A stretch of DNA of 64,000 nt from the NCBI GenBank assembly GCA_018670895.1, contig JABHIS010000005.1, positions 3,757-67,756 on the forward strand, given 5' to 3'. The position numbers and the translations under genes are program-made. Under the pieces are notes generated by a model that worked only from the letters and a program-made list of their open reading frames with translations, was not told the origin of the DNA and made no database searches. The stretch is from Candidatus Falkowbacteria bacterium (GTDB lineage: Bacteria > Patescibacteriota > Patescibacteriia > UBA11705 > JABHMO01). Shown here in pieces: positions 1 through 9,968 of this stretch (the stretch's first letter is position 1; each line of letters opens with the position of its first letter).

Positions 1-590
1 TGCGCGCCAGTGGCACTATGCAGTAAAGTCGGAGTCTCAACTTCGAAAAAATCTTCTTGCCAATAAAACTCCCGCAGAGCTCTGATAAATTTACTACGGA
101 GTTGAAAGCGTTGCATGGTTTCCGGATTGGAGATCAAATCCAAGTAACGCTGACGGTATGTTGCTTCCACATCTTTCAGTCCATGCCATTTTTCAGGTAA
201 TGGTTTCAAAGCTTTACCAAGAAAGGTCCATTTATTAACAAGGATAGTTAGTTCACCTTTGTGCGTTACAAAAAGCTCACCTTCCACTCCAATAAAATCA
301 CCCAGATCAATTATTTTTTGTAATTGTTTATAATCATCCTTACCTAAATCATCTTGCTTGAACGCAATTTGCATGCGACCAGAAAAGTCACTTAAGTGAG
401 CAAAGGTTAATTTGCCCATATCACGAAACATTACTAAACGACCGGCAGTCTTTACTTTTTTGCCCTCCTTCATTTCTTTACATTCAGCCAGAGTCTGTTT
501 CTTGTCAAACTTAGCTGGATAAGGCTCTACTCCCATTGATTGTAGTTTTTCTAATTTTTGCAGGCGAACTGCTTCTTCGTTTTGTTCCAT
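1..590 (-). CDS. lysS: Lysine--tRNA ligase, N-terminal part (C-terminus lies beyond window start)
   Basis: Reverse-strand translation from the ATG at 588-590 gives MEQNEEAVRLQKLEKLQSMGVEPYPAKFDKK... This continues into the OB-fold anticodon-binding domain with the YRQRYLDLI motif typical of class II LysRS. The ORF runs open to position 1. Confidence 0.85.
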   Translation of the reverse strand, partial: MEQNEEAVRLQKLEKLQSMGVEPYPAKFDKKQTLAECKEMKEGKKVKTAGRLVMFRDMGKLTFAHLSDFSGRMQIAFKQDDLGKDDYKQLQKIIDLGDFIGVEGELFVTHKGELTILVNKWTFLGKALKPLPEKWHGLKDVEATYRQRYLDLISNPETMQRFQLRSKFIRALREFYWQEDFFEVETPTLLHSATGA

Positions 591-651
591 ACAATTGATT
601 ACTGAATTATACTGATTTACTGAACGTAAATATCAGCAAATCTTATTGAAT

Positions 652-927
652 TTATTTTAAATTTACAACACGTCGTATTTTAACACCTTTATTTGAAAAT
701 AAAATTAACAAACCAACTTTTTTTCCAGAAATTCTTAAATAATCATTAATTTGATCGAATTCACTTTTAGCAAGATAACTACCAACCTTCAACTCAACGA
801 CAACCCGCCCATCTATAACGAAATCAAATATTCTTCGACCAATTTTTTCTCCTTTATACAAAAGATCTACTCTAACCTGTTCCTTATACCTTATCTTATT
901 AAGTCTAAACTCTTTAGCAAGTGCCAA
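652..927 (-). CDS. GxxExxY family protein (PD-(D/E)xK-like small protein)
   Basis: 91 aa. The core DFVIDGRVVVELKVG...QINDYLRISGKKVGLLILFSNKG matches the GxxExxY family pattern (D..VE.K.IVELK ... Q.lnYLk.sg.k.GLLiNF). Confidence 0.65.
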   Translation of the reverse strand: MALAKEFRLNKIRYKEQVRVDLLYKGEKIGRRIFDFVIDGRVVVELKVGSYLAKSEFDQINDYLRISGKKVGLLILFSNKGVKIRRVVNLK

Positions 928-1157
928 CTGATAATACTTTTCTCTATGCCCACTGCCTAAGCTATTTTAAACTTCAAATGCTGCACCTATTATTTTATCA
1001 GTTAATTCCGATTCTGGATAATTTTTGTTTACATTAATACTCATAAATATTCAGCATATCAGTATTATTCAGTACTCACTTACAGAATTATACCTGAATT
1101 AGCAAAATTTTGCAAAAAATAAAAAACGTCCCAGATTGCCAGAACGCTTATTGACTT

Positions 1158-1397
1158 CTACTCCAATGCTTCTTCACTCAGGTACCACACGTACACATAA
1201 TAAGAACAACTATTCTCTGAATCCCCAATCGCGGTACTTAACTTAAATTTCTTAATGTCAGCTTTATTTCTATTAACAAACTCTTTGGCCAATCTTTGAC
1301 CAGCATCAAAAGTGTCGTCATAAGTATTACCGTGATCTTTACTGTGTGTTCTGAATACACGTATCTGCCACTCTAGAGGTGTGTCTACTTTTGACAT
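1158..1397 (-). CDS. hypothetical small protein
   Basis: 79-aa ORF with compact spacing to its neighbour. A T-rich tract follows on the minus strand downstream of the stop. No recognisable motif. Confidence 0.4.
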   Translation of the reverse strand: MSKVDTPLEWQIRVFRTHSKDHGNTYDDTFDAGQRLAKEFVNRNKADIKKFKLSTAIGDSENSCSYYVYVWYLSEEALE

Positions 1398-1405
1398 AAC
1401 GCCTC

Positions 1406-1648
1406 CTATTTCAACTCTTCTTCAGCAAAATAGGCCAACTGAATATTCATAAAATCGTCGCCGTTGCCGTCCCTTCCATAGGTTATTGGCACTATCTTAT
1501 AATCAGAACTTCCAATTCCGTGTTTATTCACAAAATCCAGAACAGCTTGCACGCAGCCGTCATTAACTTCAGCGATTCCATCTTTGCTATCTTTATTCGA
1601 TCGCCAAAATGATTTACGAAACCATTGCCTATACTTGCTTTCACTCAT
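1406..1648 (-). CDS. hypothetical small protein
   Basis: 80-aa ORF in tandem with 1158..1397. Both end in an acidic EE(A/E)L(E/K) tail, so they may be paralogs. Confidence 0.4.
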   Translation of the reverse strand: MSESKYRQWFRKSFWRSNKDSKDGIAEVNDGCVQAVLDFVNKHGIGSSDYKIVPITYGRDGNGDDFMNIQLAYFAEEELK

Positions 1649-1770
1649 TATTCACCTCCATATCACTTCAAAAGAGTTTATAATAAACCTTAATTTTTGT
1701 CAACCATTTTTTATCCAAACAAAAAAACAACTAAACTGCTGTTATGTGTTATGTGATACGTATTATGTAA

Positions 1771-2232
1771 TTACTTAATTTCAATAATTTTGAAAACAAT
1801 AGTTCCTCGTGGTGCTTCAAATTCAACGGTCTCACCTGGCTTCTTATTCATAAAAGCTTGCCCAATTGGCGACTCATTGGAAATTCTACCAACTGCAGGA
1901 TCAGCCTCGTTAAACCCCACCACGGTGTATTCTTTTCGATTGCCAGTGGCGTCCTCGGCTATAAAACATGATCCCATCCCAACCTCATCAGTTGAAGTGT
2001 TAGGCTCAGAAATAATTGCTATTTTCAAACAACCTTCAATCTCACTGGCACGTGCCATCATTAAACCCTGCTCATCCTTAGCATCATGATACTCGGCATT
2101 TTCTGATAAATCCCCCATTTCCTTAGCTTGTTCGATTTTTTCAATAACTGCTGGTAATCTTACTTTTTTTATTTGTTCTAACTCTTTCTCTAGCTTGACT
2201 TTACCTTCTTCTGTTAAAATAATGTGGTCTGA
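1771..2232 (-). CDS. greA: Transcription elongation factor GreA
   Basis: From the internal start MSDHIILTEEGKVKLEKELEQIKKVRLPAVIEKIEQAKEMGDLSENAEYHDAKDEQ (GreA N-terminal coiled coil) through to the C-terminal FKBP-like domain. The ORF-track start at 2280 adds 16 implausible residues. Confidence 0.85.
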   Translation of the reverse strand, partial: SDHIILTEEGKVKLEKELEQIKKVRLPAVIEKIEQAKEMGDLSENAEYHDAKDEQGLMMARASEIEGCLKIAIISEPNTSTDEVGMGSCFIAEDATGNRKEYTVVGFNEADPAVGRISNESPIGQAFMNKKPGETVEFEAPRGTIVFKIIEIK

Positions 2233-2462
2233 CATAATACAAATGGGATAAAGGTGACAAAGGAGATAACTTGAGTTCAAATTATCAGCAAAATCACAAC
2301 TCCACTTTTTTCAAAATAAACACAGATACGTTTATTACCTGATTTAATAAAATTTGATTATATTTAAATTATAGTTCATTTTTGGTTAATATACAACAAT
2401 ATAGTAAATAGTAAAGTGTAAAGAGTAAATAGAATTACATTTTACCTTTTACTCGTTACTTT

Positions 2463-4487
2463 TTACTTATAATAGTTAAAATACCAATGCATAAACTCAT
2501 AAGCAATCGGTGCTGCAATCGCACTTCCTTCGCCACCTTCTTCAACCAAAATGGTCACCACAATTTCTGCATCATTATACGGAGCAAATGAAGTAAACCA
2601 AGAATGGGGAGTTTTGTCAGTAGCCCACTGAGCAGTTCCAGTTTTAGCAGCGGCGGTGACCGGCAATGAATTTAAAATCTTAGCACTTCCTTGCGTTACG
2701 GCCTGCCTTAACCCCTGACGAATTATTTGCAAAGTTTTATCAGCCACAAACTGTTCATTGAGTATTTCTGTTTCGATTTGAACTTCTTTCTTTGCAACCT
2801 GATCATAATAACGGTCAATCAATATTGGTTTCAGTAATTTTCCACCATTGGCAAAGACTGCCGTAAAATTTGCTACTTGTAATGGTGTAACTAATAAATC
2901 ACCCTGACCTATAGCCATATGATAGGTGTCACCAATATACCATTGCTCACTTTTGGCTTTTCTTTTCCACTCTGGATCTGGTAAAAATCCTGGCTTTTCA
3001 TTGGGCAAACTTATATTTGTTAATTTATTTAAGCCAAACATTTCAGCAACTTGCTTGATTTGCCGAACGCCCATGCCCTCAAACTCACCATAACCACCAC
3101 CAATGATATAGAAAAAGGTATTAACCGAATCAGCCAGTGCTTTTCGAACATTAGTAATACCATGACCACCAGCCTTCCAATCAGGGAAAAACCACTCGCC
3201 TATTCTAATTCCACCGGCACTCAAAAAGGAAGTATTTTCATTTATGACACCTTCTTCCAATGCACCTGCGGCCACGACCGGTTTAATTGTCGACCCAGAT
3301 GGGTATTCACCACTAATTACCCTATTAAAAAGTGGGTTGTCCTTATTGTTAATCAAATAAGCAAACTCTTTGGAACTAATTCCCTCAGCAAATGAATTAT
3401 TATTAAAACCAGGAAGACTAAGCAAGCTGTAAATTTTTCCAGTTTGAGGATTCATTACGACAGCAGCGGCTTTATTGGTTTTTAACTTTACTAAATATTT
3501 TTCAATTATTTCTTGTAATTTGGCTTGCATCGTCAAATCAATAGCTAAAAATAAATTATCACCCTTAACCATTTCTTCTCTAGCAATAATTTTTATAGCT
3601 TTTCCGCTGGAATCAACTTCAATCTGTTCTCGACCATATTGTCCACGAAGTTGGTTTTCAAAAGATCCTTCTATTCCAGTTTTTCCGATGGAATCATTTA
3701 ACAAATAACCCTGTGAATATAACTTTGAAAATTCTTCAGGATTAATCTTACCAGGATAACCCAAAATATGTGCTAAACTACTTACTGATTGATTGTTTTT
3801 TTTGTCCAAATATTGACGTCGAGCTGCAACTTCAATGTCCACTCCGGGATGATTAGTACTCTGTATACGCATGGTAACAGCTTTTTCATAGGTCAAGCCA
3901 TCAATTAACATCACTGGCTCAAAGTATTCTTTAACAGTTGCTTTTGTCTTCAAAACTTTTTCTAACTTTTCCTGATAATCAGGGTCTTCAATATTTTGTT
4001 TCAACCACGTCAACGTTTCCTCCTGATTCTTATCCGTTTCCAATTTTAAATCATACATGATTATGTAGACTGCAAAGTTAGGCACATTTTTTACCAGCTC
4101 TTGACCATTCAAATCATAAATTATTCCACGTGGAGCTGGCAAATTAATAACTCTAAGGCGATTTTGCTCAGCTAGGCCGTGATAATACTCACCACGTACT
4201 ACCTGCAAAAAGAATGACTGCAAAAACAAAATAAAAAAACAGGCAAGAACAAACATCAAAAACCAAACCAGTTTTTTATTACTCAAACTTAAGCCCAAGT
4301 AATTCTTGCCTGTACGCGCTAATTCATCTTCTGAAAAATCGATATAAGCCTCTTCAACCCAAGCTGTCCTTTTTCTTTTTTTGGAATTTTCATCATTTAT
4401 ATTTAAACCTCCACCCAAAAACAAAAAACCGTCTTCAGGCAGGTTACTTTTATTGTGCTTTTTTCTGAAAAATAAACGCCAACGCAT
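2463..4487 (-). CDS. mrdA: Penicillin-binding protein 2 (peptidoglycan D,D-transpeptidase)
   Basis: 674 aa with an N-terminal TM segment. Has the transpeptidase motifs SGSTIKP (SxxK) and KTGTAQ (KTG). Sits directly downstream of mreBCD. Confidence 0.85.
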   Translation of the reverse strand: MRWRLFFRKKHNKSNLPEDGFLFLGGGLNINDENSKKRKRTAWVEEAYIDFSEDELARTGKNYLGLSLSNKKLVWFLMFVLACFFILFLQSFFLQVVRGEYYHGLAEQNRLRVINLPAPRGIIYDLNGQELVKNVPNFAVYIIMYDLKLETDKNQEETLTWLKQNIEDPDYQEKLEKVLKTKATVKEYFEPVMLIDGLTYEKAVTMRIQSTNHPGVDIEVAARRQYLDKKNNQSVSSLAHILGYPGKINPEEFSKLYSQGYLLNDSIGKTGIEGSFENQLRGQYGREQIEVDSSGKAIKIIAREEMVKGDNLFLAIDLTMQAKLQEIIEKYLVKLKTNKAAAVVMNPQTGKIYSLLSLPGFNNNSFAEGISSKEFAYLINNKDNPLFNRVISGEYPSGSTIKPVVAAGALEEGVINENTSFLSAGGIRIGEWFFPDWKAGGHGITNVRKALADSVNTFFYIIGGGYGEFEGMGVRQIKQVAEMFGLNKLTNISLPNEKPGFLPDPEWKRKAKSEQWYIGDTYHMAIGQGDLLVTPLQVANFTAVFANGGKLLKPILIDRYYDQVAKKEVQIETEILNEQFVADKTLQIIRQGLRQAVTQGSAKILNSLPVTAAAKTGTAQWATDKTPHSWFTSFAPYNDAEIVVTILVEEGGEGSAIAAPIAYEFMHWYFNYYK

Positions 4488-4489
4488 AT

Positions 4490-5029
4490 TTATTGTTTGG
4501 TAGTATCTATAAAGACAGCCTTAAACCTTCGGCTAAATAAGTTAAACACTGCAAATAACAAAACAGAAAGAACTAAATTAAACAAAATTTGCCAGAGTAA
4601 ATCATTTATAGAATTTACAGTTAAATGATTAATCAAAGAATAGTCCTTGACCTTTATCAGGTAATTGACAGCCGTGTACATGTAGAGAAAAGCATTATAA
4701 ACAATCGTGGAAATTACAGTCAGCCCAACTAGCGTATAAAGAGATTTATTAGTAAGAAAATGTACAAATATCTTGTAGGCGACATACATTGTTAATAATA
4801 AACTAACCAGTAAAGCCCCAAAAGGCAAAGCAGAATATAAATCCAAAATTACACCTAGTATAAATGCGTAGGTAGTCCCAATTGAAAACCGACCCACCAT
4901 TGAAATAAAAATCAATACTACTATCAAAACATTAATCTTGCCTAAGTTTGCAGGAAAGAGCGCTACCATTCCTAGCTGTAGACCCGCCAATAATAAAATA
5001 AAAAAAGTGTGTTTGATTAGCTTAATCAT
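4490..5029 (-). CDS. mreD: Rod shape-determining protein MreD (polytopic membrane protein)
   Basis: 179 aa and entirely hydrophobic/multi-TM. Positioned between mreC and PBP2, with 8-bp and 3-bp junctions. Confidence 0.55.
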   Translation of the reverse strand: MIKLIKHTFFILLLAGLQLGMVALFPANLGKINVLIVVLIFISMVGRFSIGTTYAFILGVILDLYSALPFGALLVSLLLTMYVAYKIFVHFLTNKSLYTLVGLTVISTIVYNAFLYMYTAVNYLIKVKDYSLINHLTVNSINDLLWQILFNLVLSVLLFAVFNLFSRRFKAVFIDTTKQ

Positions 5030-5867
5030 CGTCTTGATTATATTTCAAAATATTTACTATATTGATTTTATTGAAATCAACCATGGAGGCCAAAGCGGCC
5101 TCCTGAAACAACTCTTCTGGCTCATTAACAATACTCTTGATCTGACCAATTACAATATTTCCCGGCACTTTTTGTTCTAAACCTGAAGTTACTATTATAT
5201 CGCCCTCTTTTATCATCTCAGTCTGTGGGATTAAACGCATTTTTATTCCCAAGCCAAACTCACCCTCTACCACCCCTATTGTTCGTGATTTATTCTGGAT
5301 CCTCGCAGCTACCTTTGACAAATCATCATTAATTAACAAAACAATAGAACTATTTTTATTGACTTTGATAATTTTGCCAATCAACATATTTTGTTCTGCT
5401 AAAACAGGCTGCCCTACCTCAATTCCGACCTTACTTCCAACATCAAGGATCAAGGCATTTTGTGAACCGTCGGCACTTTGACCAATCACTCTAGCGATTT
5501 CAAACAAATATTGATTTTTGTCTACAAACTGCATTTGTTCACGCAAAAATTGATTTTCTTCTTGTTCAGACACACATCTACTTTTTTCGTTAATCAGCAT
5601 TGCTAATTGATCCTTCAAATCCTTATTCTCTTGGACCAAAGCTTGTTTAGACCTAAAATTCAAATAATTATCCCCCACCCAATAAGAGATTTGGTAAACT
5701 GATCTTAATACTGGTTTAGTAGCTGACACAGCCAAATTTTCAATTGGTCTTAGAACTTTTATGTAATGTAAAAAAAACAGCAGTAGAACAATTACCACTG
5801 AAACAATAATTAATTTTGTTGATTTTCTATTTAACATTACCATGAAAACACCAGAACACGAGAACAC
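5022..5867 (-). CDS. mreC: Rod shape-determining protein MreC
   Basis: 281 aa with an N-terminal TM, a coiled coil (KDLKDQLAMLINEKS...) and C-terminal beta domains. Conserved position after mreB. Confidence 0.7.
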   Translation of the reverse strand: MFSCSGVFMVMLNRKSTKLIIVSVVIVLLLFFLHYIKVLRPIENLAVSATKPVLRSVYQISYWVGDNYLNFRSKQALVQENKDLKDQLAMLINEKSRCVSEQEENQFLREQMQFVDKNQYLFEIARVIGQSADGSQNALILDVGSKVGIEVGQPVLAEQNMLIGKIIKVNKNSSIVLLINDDLSKVAARIQNKSRTIGVVEGEFGLGIKMRLIPQTEMIKEGDIIVTSGLEQKVPGNIVIGQIKSIVNEPEELFQEAALASMVDFNKINIVNILKYNQDDD

Positions 5868-5930
5868 TAGAACACCTATAGCAATTGCTTTAATGCTTTA
5901 ATATTTTAATGCTTTAATGTTTTTATCAAA

Positions 5931-6986
5931 TTACCTCACCATTTTCTCCTCATTCGCTGAAGGTAATAAAACTTGTTCCAATAATTTTTCATCATCCAAA
6001 AGTAAATTAATACCTCGAATTGTGCAGGTTGTTGGATCATCGGCTATTCTCACTGGAATTTCAGTTTCTTTACTAATAGTTTTTTCAATTCCGCGGAGCA
6101 ACGATCCACCGCCACAAAGAATAATTCCTCTTTCATAAATATCAGCGACTAATTCTGGTGGAGTTATTTCCAAAACACTTTTAATTGAATCCACCACCTG
6201 GTTAACCGTTGAGGCCAATGCCTCCCTCACCTGATAATCGTTGATCATAATCTCCCTTGGCAAACCTGTGATTAAATCCCGCCCTCTCATTTCGATAGAA
6301 ATTGATTCTCCTTGTTCATGAGAAGATCCAACTTTTATTTTTATTTGCTCAGCAATCTTTTCACCAATTAACAAATTAAAGTGATCTCGAGCATATTGAA
6401 TAATATTTTTACTTAAATCTTCACCAGCTATTTTTAATGATTTCCAAATAACTACGCCGTGTAATGAGATAACTGCAATCTCAGTTTTACCACCACCCAT
6501 ATTTATCAACATACTACCCGAAGCATCCTGAACCGGCAGACGTGCACCAATAGCGGCGGCCATTATTTCTTCAACCAAGAAAACTTTTCCCGCTCCTGCA
6601 CCCAGAGCTGCATCTTCGACAGCCTTTTTTTCTACCTCGGTAACGTCCAGAGGGATGCCAATAATCACACTAGGCCTAGCTGTAAAATTAAGATTCTCTT
6701 GGAAAATTTTGTCAAAAAAATACTTTAGCATTTTTTCAGTTACTTCAAAATCAGAAATAACCCCTCGAACCAAGGGATATGCCAAAGTAATATATGCTGG
6801 GTTTTTGCCAACCATCTTGCGAGCATCTTCGCCCACTGCGATAATCTGATCCAAACGATTATTCACAGCTACAATTGATGGTTCACGAATAATTATTCCT
6901 TTATCCTGCAAACACAAAATTGTATTAGCTGTGCCTAAATCAATCCCAATCTTTTTTGAAAACCTATTTAAGAATTTTCTAAACAT
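5931..6986 (-). CDS. mreB: Rod shape-determining protein MreB (actin-like ATPase)
   Basis: 351 aa. N-terminus ...IGIDLGTANTILCLQDKGIIIREPSIVAVN... and the phosphate-1/2 actin-fold motifs. Confidence 0.9.
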   Translation of the reverse strand: MFRKFLNRFSKKIGIDLGTANTILCLQDKGIIIREPSIVAVNNRLDQIIAVGEDARKMVGKNPAYITLAYPLVRGVISDFEVTEKMLKYFFDKIFQENLNFTARPSVIIGIPLDVTEVEKKAVEDAALGAGAGKVFLVEEIMAAAIGARLPVQDASGSMLINMGGGKTEIAVISLHGVVIWKSLKIAGEDLSKNIIQYARDHFNLLIGEKIAEQIKIKVGSSHEQGESISIEMRGRDLITGLPREIMINDYQVREALASTVNQVVDSIKSVLEITPPELVADIYERGIILCGGGSLLRGIEKTISKETEIPVRIADDPTTCTIRGINLLLDDEKLLEQVLLPSANEEKMVR

Positions 6987-7005
6987 AAACTAACTCCCTG
7001 CCCTC

Positions 7006-8247
7006 CTATGTCAACTTTTTAACAATTTGATTAAGTTTAATCAATTCCATTTTTTCTTGATTTCGTTGCTTGAATTCTATGCTTTCTTGGGCCAAGGTTT
7101 TTTCACTAACCACAATTCTATATGGCATACCAAGTAAATCGCTATCATTCAATTTCACGCCAGCTGATTCCTCTCTATCATCATATAAAACCTCAATTCC
7201 AGCCTGCTGCAACTCATCATAGAGTTTGTCACTAACAGCCTTAATTTTAGCGTCTTTTCCAAGGAAAAGCAAATGCACCTTGAATGGAGCAATAGACTCA
7301 GGCCAAATCATACCTTTGTCGTCATGGTGAACCTCAATTACAGACCCCATAACCCTAGATGGCCCAATACCATAACAACCCATGATCACTGGTTGTTCCT
7401 TGCCATCTTTATCAGTATATTTAAAATTAAAAGCAGTACTGTATTTGGTTTTTAATGGAAAAATATTTCCAACCTCAATGGCCTTGGCCTCTAAAATTTG
7501 ACCACCACATTTAGGACATTTATCGCCAATTTTAACTTCGCAAATTTCATCATTCTGTGCAAAGTCACATTTATCGCAGTAAAAAACTGTATCTTCTCCG
7601 CTATCAGTAAAAACCTGAAACTCATGTGAGTATTTAGAAAAGTCGCCACCTGAAGCCTCCACTATTTTAGCGTTCAAACCACAACGTTTGAATACATTCA
7701 AATATGCTCCTTTGGATTTTTCATAGTATTGCCACATGTCCTCCTCATTAAGATGAAAACTGTATAAATCTTTCATGCTAAATTCTAAACCACGCAATAT
7801 TCCTGATTTAGCTCTAGGTTCATTGCGGAACTTATCCTGAATTTGATAAACAGCCACAGGCAAGTCCTTATATGATTTAACAAACTTTTGTACCAATGGA
7901 GTAACCACTTCTTCGTGGGTCCAGCCTAAACCATAGTCCTTTTCACTACGACCCTTAAGCTGAAACATTACCTCAGGACCTGGACTTTCCCAACGTCCAG
8001 TTTTTTGCCAGATTTCCTTTGGTGTTAATGCCGGCATTAATATTTCCTGACCATCAATGACCTCCATTTCTTCCCTAACAATCTTTTTCACTTTATCCAA
8101 AACCCTCAATCCCAATGGTAAATATGAATAAACTCCGGCCATTAATTTATCTACAAAACCAGCTCTAATTAATAAGCTTGCATTGGTACTGACTTCATCT
8201 TTTGGTAATTCCTTAATTGTTTTGGTGAATAGTTTTGATTGACGCAT
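7006..8247 (-). CDS. proS: Proline--tRNA ligase (short form without INS editing domain)
   Basis: 413 aa. Class II motif 2 FRNEPRAKSGILRGLEF, a Cys4 zinc insertion CDKCDF...CPKCGG and a C-terminal anticodon-binding domain. Confidence 0.85.
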   Translation of the reverse strand: MRQSKLFTKTIKELPKDEVSTNASLLIRAGFVDKLMAGVYSYLPLGLRVLDKVKKIVREEMEVIDGQEILMPALTPKEIWQKTGRWESPGPEVMFQLKGRSEKDYGLGWTHEEVVTPLVQKFVKSYKDLPVAVYQIQDKFRNEPRAKSGILRGLEFSMKDLYSFHLNEEDMWQYYEKSKGAYLNVFKRCGLNAKIVEASGGDFSKYSHEFQVFTDSGEDTVFYCDKCDFAQNDEICEVKIGDKCPKCGGQILEAKAIEVGNIFPLKTKYSTAFNFKYTDKDGKEQPVIMGCYGIGPSRVMGSVIEVHHDDKGMIWPESIAPFKVHLLFLGKDAKIKAVSDKLYDELQQAGIEVLYDDREESAGVKLNDSDLLGMPYRIVVSEKTLAQESIEFKQRNQEKMELIKLNQIVKKLT

Positions 8248-8324
8248 AATGTTAGTAGATTCAAGTTGATAGATTCAAGTGAACAATTACCAAAATCTTT
8301 AATCTTAAATCATTAATCTGTAAT

Positions 8325-8708
8325 CTAATTGAGTTTTTTATATGAAATGAAAAATAATTCAATAACCGTAGTGAAAGAAATTACAATCAACATCAACCAC
8401 CAGGTCAAATATCTTTGACTTTGTAAAATCAAAGCCATGATGATTATAAAAGTAAATAATATTGCTTGCCTTGAAGCTAGGCTAATACTCTTTTGCGGGA
8501 CTTCATCTTTTTTTAGTAATTTAATTCTGACCCAAATACCGAACAACGACAGCAAAGATCCCAAGGAAAAAGCTAAACTAATGTAAAATAAAAACAAACC
8601 TAATATCCCAGCTTCAAATGGATTTATAAAAATTAAAACCAAAATCCAGGCTGCCCAACAGATAGCACAGCAAACTGATAAAATGATTGAATACCTAGTT
8701 ATGGTCAT
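8325..8708 (-). CDS. hypothetical membrane protein
   Basis: Hydrophobic ORF with 3-4 predicted TM helices. Start taken at the internal Met (MTITRYSII) to avoid a 35-bp overlap with the upstream gene. Confidence 0.4.
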   Translation of the reverse strand: MTITRYSIILSVCCAICWAAWILVLIFINPFEAGILGLFLFYISLAFSLGSLLSLFGIWVRIKLLKKDEVPQKSISLASRQAILFTFIIIMALILQSQRYLTWWLMLIVISFTTVIELFFISYKKLN

Positions 8709-8730
8709 ATTGCCTATATCAATTTTAGCA

Positions 8731-9057
8731 TTAATATACTGGTCTTTCAATAGAGGTTTGTACAATTTTCAGCTTTTTTACTATTTGACCACCAAATTTC
8801 TTGTTGATAGCCTCAATTATTGAATTTTTCTTAAAATTTAGTTCCTGAGCAATAATTGAATTAGCAGTCTCAACTTTCAAGATCTGACTCTTCAATGAAA
8901 TAACTCTAACCAGCTCGTGCCCCTTTTTTCCCCAAAATTCACGCATTAAACCATTGGCAAACTCAACAACCATACCGGACATTATTTGTTTAGCCAGTGG
9001 TTTTTTCTTAAATCTAGAAAGTAATATTTTTTGTAGTGAATCCGCCATAAATTTCAA
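8731..9057 (-). CDS. DUF721-family (DciA-like) small protein
   Basis: 108 aa. The C-terminal segment ILKVETANSIIAQELNFKKNSIIEAINKK matches the DUF721 signature (V.VdSsaWaqEL......il..iN). Confidence 0.5.
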   Translation of the reverse strand: MKFMADSLQKILLSRFKKKPLAKQIMSGMVVEFANGLMREFWGKKGHELVRVISLKSQILKVETANSIIAQELNFKKNSIIEAINKKFGGQIVKKLKIVQTSIERPVY

Positions 9058-9172
9058 TTACGTAGACTAATTTTGTCTAAATTTACTTAACGACTATTGA
9101 CAAAATATATAATCTATGCTATAATACTAAGATTTGATGATTGAAAAATAACTTTCCCTTAAGGAGGATACC

Positions 9173-9850
9173 ATGAGAAAGTTCATCAATTTGTTTGTGA
9201 TTTTAGGAATAATTATGTTTGCCAGCAACGTGCAAGCAAAAGATGTGGATATGTCAAACTTTGACATGCGCGTGCGATTCAGCCGTGCAATAGAGTCCTG
9301 GGCGTTTCACAACTTCGATGTCCTGTTCGAGGCCAATGCATTTATCACTGACTACCAGACGATGAATGCCATGTTTGGTCTGTTGTACCACGTCGATCGG
9401 AACAGTAAACTGGTTCTGATGATTGGTCAACAGTTGGGCGCAGGCGTGAGCAGCAACAATGTAGCTCTGACCGGTCGCTGGCATCAACGTGTAAGTCGGG
9501 TTGTAGGTTTCAAGTTGGAGGCGGATCTTTTCATTCCCATCCAGGCCAACAATGCCGAGAGCCAACCCACGGTCGGCTTCAGAACCTACGAGTCACTTGA
9601 CTTTATGATCGAGCGCAGGATGTTCATCTCGCTCGGACTGGAACAGGAAAAGCTGGACAACTTCCGATATCGGTTCGGACCCAGTTTCACCTGGCAGTGG
9701 CTTCGAGTTTGGGCCGGATACCTTCATCAGGAAGAATCCGGTACAAAGCAAAGTTCCACAAATCAGCCAACGCCGGTGAACGCACAACCTCGCTGTACTG
9801 ACTGCGACTGCGGAGATATGTTCTTCGCCTCAGTAGCGCTAACCTTCTAA
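9173..9850 (+). CDS. Secreted protein with outer-membrane beta-barrel-like features, GC-rich
   Basis: Preceded by the SD GGAGGA. Signal peptide MRKFINLFVILGIIMFASNVQA|KD. Amphipathic beta-like segments and a C-terminal ...FFASVALTF ending in Phe, which is the signature of OMP C-terminal strands. Local GC is far above background. Confidence 0.5.
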   Translation: MRKFINLFVILGIIMFASNVQAKDVDMSNFDMRVRFSRAIESWAFHNFDVLFEANAFITDYQTMNAMFGLLYHVDRNSKLVLMIGQQLGAGVSSNNVALTGRWHQRVSRVVGFKLEADLFIPIQANNAESQPTVGFRTYESLDFMIERRMFISLGLEQEKLDNFRYRFGPSFTWQWLRVWAGYLHQEESGTKQSSTNQPTPVNAQPRCTDCDCGDMFFASVALTF

Positions 9851-9968
9851 TTTCTGACCGCAACGGTCAAGAAAAACTCTTCAATGCATCTATTGGGGAG
9901 TTTTTTTGTCCATTAAAACATAAAAACATGAAAGCATTAAAGCAATTACAGTAAATGTTCTGATGTTT

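Noticed and set aside
2396-2462. CRISPR array suspected from GTAAAG-type repeats
   Set aside because: Repeats are short (5-8 bp), irregularly spaced and degenerate. No cas genes in the window.
5895-9946. Exact inverted 17-mer AAAGCATTAAAGCAATT shared by the mreB-mreC spacer (5895-5911) and the 9930-9946 spacer
   Set aside because: In 64 kb of AT-rich DNA an exact 17-mer match in either orientation has appreciable chance probability. No further shared context.
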